DNA of 32,000 nucleotides from Candidatus Methylomirabilis limnetica. GTDB taxonomy: Bacteria > Methylomirabilota > Methylomirabilia > Methylomirabilales > Methylomirabilaceae. Positions 26,024-32,000 of the stretch are shown piece after piece (the first letter of the stretch is position 1; the number at the start of each line of letters is the position of its first letter). Where the stretch lies: assembly GCF_003044035.1 (NCBI RefSeq), contig NZ_NVQC01000023.1:30001-62000 (forward strand). Reading direction: 5' to 3'. Position numbers and translations under genes: made by a program. The notes under the pieces are model-generated. The model was not told the DNA's origin and did not search any database. It saw nothing but the letters and a program-made list of their open reading frames with translations.

Positions 26024-26042
26024 AAACGTGGTTTTCTACGAG
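26017..26042 (+). terminator. Stem-loop overlapping the stop codon of the 12-TM gene
   Basis: CTCGTAGAAA-CGTGGT-TTTCTACGAG is a perfect 10-bp stem. No downstream T-tract follows, so terminator function is uncertain. Confidence 0.35.
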
Positions 26043-26098
26043 AGGGCTCATCATTGAGCAGGACGCCCACACGCTTCGACGCATTGCGACGTCATCGC

Positions 26099-26136
26099 TT
26101 TACCCCTAACAGCCTTCAGCCTTCAGCCTATCTACC
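26099..26136. repeat. Dispersed 38-nt repeat, copy 2
   Basis: TTTACCCCTAACAGCCTTCAGCCTTCAGCCTATCTACC is the inverted partner of 24605-24642. Confidence 0.85.
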
Positions 26137-26166
26137 TCAACGGTGTGGTGTCTCTGGAAAAAGGAT

Positions 26167-26195
26167 TTGACAACCTTCCGCCCGCTATCTATCAT
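26167..26195 (+). promoter_or_regulatory. Sigma-70-type promoter candidate for ihfA
   Basis: TTGACA (26167-26172), a 17-nt spacer, then TATCAT (26190-26195). It lies about 110 nt upstream of the ihfA start. Confidence 0.5.
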
Positions 26196-26308
26196 GTCAT
26201 CAATACGGGACAGGGGCTGAGGAGGCGCTCTGATCTAAAGCGAGGGGTGGTGCATGGACTGCGGAACCTTGGAAGGGCAGATGCGTTTACTAAGAGGGAA
26301 GGGAAACG

Positions 26309-26590
26309 ATGACTAAAGCTGACATCGCTTCAATCGTCGCTGAAAAAGGCCTCCCCAAGAAGCAGGCGATGGAAGCAGTGGAGGCCACCCTCAGCATTCT
26401 GAAGGACGCTCTCATGAAAGAGGAGAAGATCCAGCTAGTCGGGTTTGGCTCTTTTCAGGTCAGGGCCAAGCGGGCGAGGAAAGGCCGGAACCCGCAGACC
26501 GGAGAACCGATTACGATCTCGGCTCGTAAGGTGCTGAAGTTCAAGCCTGGAAAGGCCTTGCATCAGGCCGTAAACGATATCGGTGGGTAG
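26309..26590 (+). CDS. ihfA: Integration host factor alpha / HU-family DNA-binding protein
   Basis: 93 aa. GFGSFQVRAKRARKGRNPQTGEPITISARKVLKFKPGKAL is the canonical IHF/HU arm. Confidence 0.85.
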   Translation: MTKADIASIVAEKGLPKKQAMEAVEATLSILKDALMKEEKIQLVGFGSFQVRAKRARKGRNPQTGEPITISARKVLKFKPGKALHQAVNDIGG

Positions 26591-26617
26591 CTGCTAAGTA
26601 GCGGAAGAGGGAAGGCT

Positions 26618-27028
26618 GTGCTTGGTGCACGGACGAGGTTGGCCAGAGCGAGGCCGCGATCTTCACAAAGACTTCTTCCAGGTCTTGATGGCGGCTTCCA
26701 GATCCCCGAGAAGTTGTTTTTTAAGATCGGAGAGGTCGCTGAGCTGACAGGCCTTCAATCCTATATCCTCCGCTACTGGGAGACGCAGTTTACAGCGCTG
26801 CGGCCAACCAAAAGTCCAAGAGGACAACGACTGTATAGGCGTAATGACGTCGCGGTTGTGCTTCAGATCAAGGAGCTACTGTACCAGAAGCGATTCACTA
26901 TTGCGGGCGCCAGGCGCCATTTATCAGCAGAGCATGGGCTGTCTCAGCCAACCCTATTGGACTCTGTGCGCCAGGTAAGGGAAGAGCTGAAGAATATCTC
27001 CTCGTTATTGCACAGACATTCCCCCTAA
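26618..27028 (+). CDS. MerR-family transcriptional regulator
   Basis: The HTH FKIGEVAELTGLQSYILRYWETQF...RGQRLYRRNDV is the MerR signature. GTG start with GAGGGAAGG upstream. The ihfA-merR-tRNA-Pro order is common. Confidence 0.8.
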   Translation: MLGARTRLARARPRSSQRLLPGLDGGFQIPEKLFFKIGEVAELTGLQSYILRYWETQFTALRPTKSPRGQRLYRRNDVAVVLQIKELLYQKRFTIAGARRHLSAEHGLSQPTLLDSVRQVREELKNISSLLHRHSP

Positions 27029-27047
27029 CGTGAAGGACTGGAATCAT

Positions 27048-27124
27048 CGGGGCGTGGCGCAGTCTGGTAGCGCACTGGTCTGGGGGGCCAGGGGCCGCTG
27101 GTTCAAATCCAGTCGCCCCGACCA
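27048..27124 (+). tRNA. tRNA-Pro (anticodon GGG)
   Basis: Hand-folded 77-nt cloverleaf. Acceptor CGGGGCG/CGCCCCG, anticodon stem CTGGT/GCCAG with loop CTGGGGG, T-loop TTCAAAT, encoded CCA. Confidence 0.9.
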
Positions 27125-27143
27125 TCAATACATAGCGCAGCGA

Positions 27144-27168
27144 CTAACAGCCTTCAGCCTTCAGCCTA
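27144..27168. repeat. Dispersed repeat, copy 3 (25-nt core)
   Basis: CTAACAGCCTTCAGCCTTCAGCCTA is identical to 26106-26130 and in the same orientation. It lies between tRNA-Pro and surE. Confidence 0.8.
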
Positions 27169-27193
27169 AACACCTGAGAGTTACAGGTTACGA

Positions 27194-28063
27194 ATGAATA
27201 TTCTGGTCTCCAATGATGATGGCATTCACGCGCGCGGGCTTCGTACGCTTGCGGACGCTCTGTCCAGCCTCGGTGAGGTGTGGGTGGTGGCGCCTGATCG
27301 TGAACAGAGTGCATCCGCCCACGCTCTCACGCTCAATCGACCACTTCGGGTGACCAAGGTTGCGCCAACATGGTTCGCCGTCGACGGCACGCCTACCGAT
27401 TGTGTCGCCCTGGCTCTCATGGGTATGATCAAACGAAAGTTCGACCTGGTTGCGTCAGGCATCAACCTTGGTGGGAACATGGGCGATGATGTCACCTACT
27501 CCGGGACGGTGTCAGCCGCCTTCGAGGCGACGTTGCTGGGGTATCCGGCGTTTGCTGTTTCTGTTGTGGCTGAGCGACGAGTCAATTTCACGGCAGCAGG
27601 ACAGGTTGCCGTTGTGGTGGCTGAGCTGATTGCGAAACATGGTCTGCCGCGGGATACCATGCTGAACGTGAATGTCCCGAATTTGCGCCCCTCAGAGATT
27701 AAAGGTGTCGCGATCACGCAGCAGGGAAGGCGACGCTATGGCGACATCATTGTGAGAAAGGTGGACCCTCGTGGGAAGGCCTATTACTGGATCGGAGGGA
27801 AGGGGCCTACGTGGGAGTCATCAGAAAAAAGCGATTATGCTGCGGTGACGGCAGGATCGATCTCGATCACGCCGCTTCACATAGATCTGACCAACCCTAG
27901 CGCTGTCGAAGATCTTCAAAGGTGGAAGTTTCACTGGAACACACATGAAAAAGCAGACAAACATCAGCGGTCTGATCTCGGCTCCAAGCGGAAAGCAGGC
28001 GCGGCTGTGCGTCGAACTACCCACGCCCCCTCCACAGCGGGTCGCCGCCACGTAACAGCGTGA
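27194..28063 (+). CDS. surE: 5'/3'-nucleotidase SurE (with basic C-terminal extension of about 40 aa)
   Basis: The N-terminal ILVSNDDGIHARGL, SGINLGGNMGDDVTYSGTVSAA and the conserved surE-pcm order support the call. 289 aa, compared with about 250 typical. Confidence 0.9.
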   Translation: MNILVSNDDGIHARGLRTLADALSSLGEVWVVAPDREQSASAHALTLNRPLRVTKVAPTWFAVDGTPTDCVALALMGMIKRKFDLVASGINLGGNMGDDVTYSGTVSAAFEATLLGYPAFAVSVVAERRVNFTAAGQVAVVVAELIAKHGLPRDTMLNVNVPNLRPSEIKGVAITQQGRRRYGDIIVRKVDPRGKAYYWIGGKGPTWESSEKSDYAAVTAGSISITPLHIDLTNPSAVEDLQRWKFHWNTHEKADKHQRSDLGSKRKAGAAVRRTTHAPSTAGRRHVTA

Positions 28064-28106
28064 AGCGACTGTCAATTCGGGTGAAGAACAGGTTTCCGAT
28101 TCGATA

Positions 28107-28748
28107 ATGGATTACCTTGTTGCCCGGCAGCGGATGGTGGCCGAGCAACTGGTGGGACGTGGGATTACGCACCACAGGGTGCTGGAGGCAATGGCCAAGG
28201 TCCACAGGCATCTGTTTGTGGAAGAAGCGTTCTGGGGGCGCGCCTACGGCAATTATCCCCTACCGATTGGTGAGAAGCAAACGATCTCCCAACCGTTTAC
28301 GGTGGCACTCATGACGCAGGCGCTTGAGCTGGAAGAAGATCAGCGGGTACTGGAGATAGGGACAGGGTCTGGATATCAGACAGCCATCCTGGTAGAATTG
28401 GGCGCGAAGGTGTATTCTATGGAGCGGAATCGAACGCTCGCGATACGCGCGAGGCGCCGCCTTGAGTCATTCGGGTATGACGATGTGTGGATTAGGATTG
28501 CGGATGGTTCTGTCGGTTGGAAGGAGAAGGCGCCCTTTGACGCAATCGTCGTGAGCGCGGGTGCCCCAGAAATCCCTACGTCTCTTATCGAGCAGCTCGC
28601 TGAGAATGGGCGCCTCGTGGTGCCAGTCGGTCAGTTACGGAACCAAGTTCTCAAAAAAGGCACCAGGAGCGGGACGAGTATACAGTGGGCTGACCTTGGA
28701 GATTGTGCATTTGTAAAACTGATAGGCCAGCAAGGGTGGGACAGTTGA
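28107..28748 (+). CDS. pcm: Protein-L-isoaspartate O-methyltransferase
   Basis: 213 aa. [15 protein letters not shown], and SAM motif [15 protein letters not shown]. Confidence 0.9.
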   Translation: MDYLVARQRMVAEQLVGRGITHHRVLEAMAKVHRHLFVEEAFWGRAYGNYPLPIGEKQTISQPFTVALMTQALELEEDQRVLEIGTGSGYQTAILVELGAKVYSMERNRTLAIRARRRLESFGYDDVWIRIADGSVGWKEKAPFDAIVVSAGAPEIPTSLIEQLAENGRLVVPVGQLRNQVLKKGTRSGTSIQWADLGDCAFVKLIGQQGWDS

Positions 28749-28750
28749 TG

Positions 28751-28828
<78 letters not shown>

Positions 28829-28868
28829 ACTTCTTCCCGCATTCGGTGGATCGTGAGGAACAGCACGG

Positions 28869-29390
28869 ATGTCGACTGAAACGCTAAAACATAAAATCCG
28901 AGACATTCCAGATTTCCCGAAAGAGGGGATCATCTTCAAAGACATTACCCCATTGCTGGCAGACGGTAAGGCCTTCCATCTGGCCATTGACCAGATTGCT
29001 GAGCATTTTCATGACAGACATATCGACCTTGTAGTTGGTGTAGAGGCGAGGGGTTTCATTATTGCCGCTGCATTGGCCTATAGACTTCATGCTGGAACGA
29101 CCTTGATCCGAAAGCCTGGGAAGCTGCCGTATAAGACGCACCGCACGACATATGCCTTAGAGTACGGGGTGGACACCCTTGAGATCCACCAGGATGCCAT
29201 ATTGCCAAGCCAGCGGATCCTGATGGCGGATGACCTGCTCGCCACTGGCGGCACTATGACCGCTGCAATCGACCTTATTACTCGCCTCGGCGGCGATGTA
29301 GTCGGCGTGGCTTTCCTGGTCGAGCTGTTGTCCTTGCAGGGGAGGGCACGGTTCAAGGATCGGGAAGTCTTCTCCTTGCTCCAATTCTGA
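28869..29390 (+). CDS. apt: Adenine phosphoribosyltransferase
   Basis: 173 aa. [21 protein letters not shown], and PRPP loop [13 protein letters not shown]. Confidence 0.9.
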   Translation: MSTETLKHKIRDIPDFPKEGIIFKDITPLLADGKAFHLAIDQIAEHFHDRHIDLVVGVEARGFIIAAALAYRLHAGTTLIRKPGKLPYKTHRTTYALEYGVDTLEIHQDAILPSQRILMADDLLATGGTMTAAIDLITRLGGDVVGVAFLVELLSLQGRARFKDREVFSLLQF

Positions 29391-29592
29391 TCAGTGGTCT
29401 CGCCTGCGTGCTGCACATCCGGGTGCCCGTAGCTCATATAGATCGAGCAAGGGCCGCCTAAACAAGCACCGTCCTCGTTTGCAACCCCTCAAACACGCTG
29501 CGTTGTACTACTTATTACTCAGAGCATAAAATAGATTGCACTCTCGCACAACATCTCCAGCAACTTCCCCCTTGCCCCCTTTGCTAAAAAGT

Positions 29593-29620
29593 GGGGTAAG
29601 GCAAGCTATTTTTTTACCCC
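29593..29620 (-). terminator. Rho-independent terminator candidate for the minus-strand gene at 29646-30227
   Basis: GGGGTAA/TTACCCC stem with a 14-nt loop. On the minus strand it is followed by ACTTTTTAGC. Confidence 0.45.
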
Positions 29621-29645
29621 GAGTTAGACAGCGGTCGATCAGAGC

Positions 29646-30227
29646 TTAGCCGCCTGCGAACGTGATCTTCCAGCGCTGCGCTGGATTATCGAAGCGGACC
29701 GCCGAGGGGTCGAAGGCTTGTGGGTCGATCACTCCACCGAGCCACTCCACCGTGCTCTCGTATTCCTCATGCGTTGGGTCGGCGATCGTCGCCAACAACT
29801 CGGCGTATCCATGCGGGCCACCGCAGTCTTCCGGCGGACAGCGGCGTGCGCCTGCGATGCACCGGGGGTACCTCGTCCTCGCTCGGCGCGGGGCTATCGA
29901 CTCCAAGAGTACATCGTGGACCCAGCCATCGCCGAAATCGTACTCGTATTCCGCACGAGTGCCGACCCGCGTGAAGTAGGCCGCGACTGCAAGCTCCCAG
30001 CCTGGGTGGCAGACCGGCTCGCCCTCGAACGTGTCCTCGTTAGGGATGCCGATCTCCTCGATCTCGCCACCGACGTTGCGGACGCGAAACATGTGCAGGT
30101 GGTAGTCAAGCCAGCCCATAGCATCCTGAATCGCGACGTGGAGATCCCAGAAGCTGTACCTCGCCGGAACCTCAATGCGGCGCCACACGAGCGGCTCGAC
30201 GTCCCGGAGCGTCACCTTGAACTGCAT
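29646..30227 (-). CDS. pRiA4b ORF-3-like (PF07929) protein
   Basis: The core MQFKVTLRDVEPLVWRRIEVPARYSFWDLHVAIQDAMGWLDYHLHMF matches the family signature (YxLKVxLxxxxPxIWRRxxVP...LHxxIQxxxGWxxxHLHxF). The likely start is ATG 30227; the ORF opens at 30380. Confidence 0.7.
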   Translation of the reverse strand: MQFKVTLRDVEPLVWRRIEVPARYSFWDLHVAIQDAMGWLDYHLHMFRVRNVGGEIEEIGIPNEDTFEGEPVCHPGWELAVAAYFTRVGTRAEYEYDFGDGWVHDVLLESIAPRRARTRYPRCIAGARRCPPEDCGGPHGYAELLATIADPTHEEYESTVEWLGGVIDPQAFDPSAVRFDNPAQRWKITFAGG

Positions 30228-30324
30228 CGCATCACGTCTCAGGTCCACTAGCTCTCCTCTGCCGCTGGCTAACGTCCAAATTGAGGGACGCGCCGCCCGC
30301 GGCACGTCCCGCTCGAATGCAGGG

Positions 30325-31422
30325 TTAGGCGAAAAACGTGATTGAAAGGCCCAACCCTGCGCTTTCGACCCTGGCTCCATTGATTGTGCCTTTGATTCTG
30401 GCCCCTTTGATTTTGTGCTTCCTGGCGCGGTGCACGGCGGTCACTGCACGTTGAAGCGCCAGCGTACGGTGAGCTATCCCGGCATCGCCGAATTCGCCCT
30501 TCAACACCACCACCTGTTCACCGGCCTGGCTGCGACAGCCGCCCTTGAGTGCCACGGTGAACGGTTTGTTGTTTCCGTCGGCGCTGGTGCGAAACACCAG
30601 TTGCTTGGGCTGGGGCCCCTTGGGTGTGGGCGTGTCGCGGGCACCGTCGGGCTCGTTGGTGGTGATGGTCTCGGTATAGGGCAGTGGCAACAGCGGCACG
30701 GGCAGGGCGACGGTCAGCGTGTTCTTTGCTGTATCCACCTCGACCGCGTAGAACAAACCGACGTCTCTTGCCGTGGCGGATCGAGGCGGTACGGTGCCCG
30801 AGCCCTTGTGCGCCTGGTTGCGCGTGCAACGCAGCGTAGGCTGGCAAATTGGGTCGGCGAGTACCGAATGCGCCGTCTCATCGATCGCGTAGCTGCCCTT
30901 TTGCGCGGTGGCATACCGGACCTGGTAGCGTGATGCGCCGGGCTGGACCGCCTGCGCGGTTTCCTTGCCGGTTTTGATCATGGCGTCCCCCTTCTTCGTG
31001 CCCGCCAGTGCCGTGCCCATGTTCTTGATCTCGCGCTCCATACACTTCTCGTCGAGATTCTCGACGCCGCCGCACTTAGCCATGATCTTCCCGATGTCGG
31101 CCGTCATAGGCGCCATCTCGGTGACCATCTTTCCCATCTGGCCGGCCTGTTTGTCGAGCTCGGCGGTTTGCGCCGCATCGAGCGCCTGCATCGTGGGCAG
31201 CGGGGTCGGTGACTGGCTCGCCAGATCGGCCACCAGGCTCACGCTGCGCTTGGAGCGCCATTCGCGCAGGTCGTTTATGTCCTGCTTCTTGCCGACCGAC
31301 TCGTAGACGTAATCGACGCTGAGCGTGGCCTTTGCGCCAGCAGGTGCGAAGGCGTAGGCTGTATGAATTGCTGTCGTCATGACTGCCAACATTATGACCA
31401 AGGCTGCCGATACAAGCTGCAT
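30325..31422 (-). CDS. Secreted hypothetical protein with paired cysteines
   Basis: The likely start at 31422 gives the signal peptide MQLVSAALVIMLAVMTTAIHTAYA. Cys pairs are CGGVENLDEKC and CQPTLRC. No family was recognised. The ORF opens at 31554. Confidence 0.45.
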   Translation of the reverse strand: MQLVSAALVIMLAVMTTAIHTAYAFAPAGAKATLSVDYVYESVGKKQDINDLREWRSKRSVSLVADLASQSPTPLPTMQALDAAQTAELDKQAGQMGKMVTEMAPMTADIGKIMAKCGGVENLDEKCMEREIKNMGTALAGTKKGDAMIKTGKETAQAVQPGASRYQVRYATAQKGSYAIDETAHSVLADPICQPTLRCTRNQAHKGSGTVPPRSATARDVGLFYAVEVDTAKNTLTVALPVPLLPLPYTETITTNEPDGARDTPTPKGPQPKQLVFRTSADGNNKPFTVALKGGCRSQAGEQVVVLKGEFGDAGIAHRTLALQRAVTAVHRARKHKIKGARIKGTINGARVESAGLGLSITFFA

Positions 31423-31618
31423 TGCATCGCTCAGCTTTGTTTCATCCCTGACTTTTCGTCCTAAGTTGCGCACAAATGTCCTCCTTGGTTTTGTCGAAGA
31501 ATTCTTCACCTGAACTTCGGCTTGCTGCCGGCTAATCGAGCTGGGCTGGTTCACTGCCGCCTAACGCCGCGATCAGCCGCCGGAGCAGCCGGTCGGCTGC
31601 ATTGCCTGGTTCGCTGTT

Positions 31619-32000
31619 CTATTTGTCCTGTAACTGATCCTTTACCCTTTGAGGGAGCAGGGCGGTTAATTCTGGATAGGTTTCAATTATTCTTGAAATG
31701 TCGGCAAGATCCTTTTGTCTCTTGCTCCTCCGTCGTGCTTCATCCATGAATGCCCACAACTTGCCTTGCAGCACATTTTCTAACGATGCAACCTTTATTT
31801 CGTATCCTAGAACCTCTTGCATCGTGGCGCTAGCGATAAAACTCTGATATCGAGGGTCAGTCTGTACCTGAATCCGAAGATCTGAATCCGAGCCGCTGAG
31901 ATTGATGCTATAAGGAAACTCCTCTACTTTCATTTTCTTCGATCTTGCGGTGTTGGCTACTGCTTGAATACTATCGACTGCAACCACAATATCGACATCT
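31619..32000 (-). CDS. Nucleotidyltransferase-fold protein, N-terminus outside the window
   Basis: The frame is open to the window edge. DVDIVVAVD at the edge looks like the D-x-D of the minimal nucleotidyltransferase motif, and a helical C-terminal domain follows. Partial. Confidence 0.45.
   Translation of the reverse strand, partial: DVDIVVAVDSIQAVANTARSKKMKVEEFPYSINLSGSDSDLRIQVQTDPRYQSFIASATMQEVLGYEIKVASLENVLQGKLWAFMDEARRRSKRQKDLADISRIIETYPELTALLPQRVKDQLQDK

Noticed and set aside
26898-27128. Minus-strand ORFs starting [12 protein letters not shown] at 26898-27128 and 28635-28829
   Set aside because: These are classic antisense translations of tRNA genes, not proteins.

Overview
GC-rich (about 58-60% by eye) bacterial chromosomal window, read by eye and from memory only; no searches were run. 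Two housekeeping blocks (rsmD-coaD-aminotransferase-miaB at 0.2-3.9 kb; hpt, radical-SAM, ihfA-merR-tRNA-Pro-surE-pcm-tRNA-Pro-apt at 21.6-29.4 kb) flank a mosaic accessory island of about 17.5 kb (about 4165-21619). A decayed copy of the first 110 nt of hpt (4055-4164) repeats the start of the intact hpt gene (21620), which is an integration-type footprint, yet the island has no integrase. Island contents, left to right: an AT-rich cassette with an SDH/ClpP-fold serine peptidase and a translationally coupled 65-aa ORF; an ORF-less group II intron of class C type (6084-6755) sitting 3 nt after a bulged stem-loop; an ABC importer operon extended by a membrane-anchored SAM methyltransferase and a cupin; a 217-bp element closed by perfect 17-bp inverted repeats; a Type III R-M pair (mod with a long C-terminal extension, res); a scrapyard with an IS3 orfA stub, a dinD stub, a RelE/ParE TA pair and three copies of the same gene 3' tail; a YhcG/DUF1016 nuclease plus stand-alone DprA/SLOG-like pair; and a low-GC 98-aa membrane ORF followed by an attC-like palindrome. 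Outside the island, a 12-TM heme-copper-oxidase-like gene is bracketed by 38-nt inverted repeats next to a VKOR fusion protein. A second accessory patch follows apt. No CRISPR array, rRNA or intact transposase was seen.
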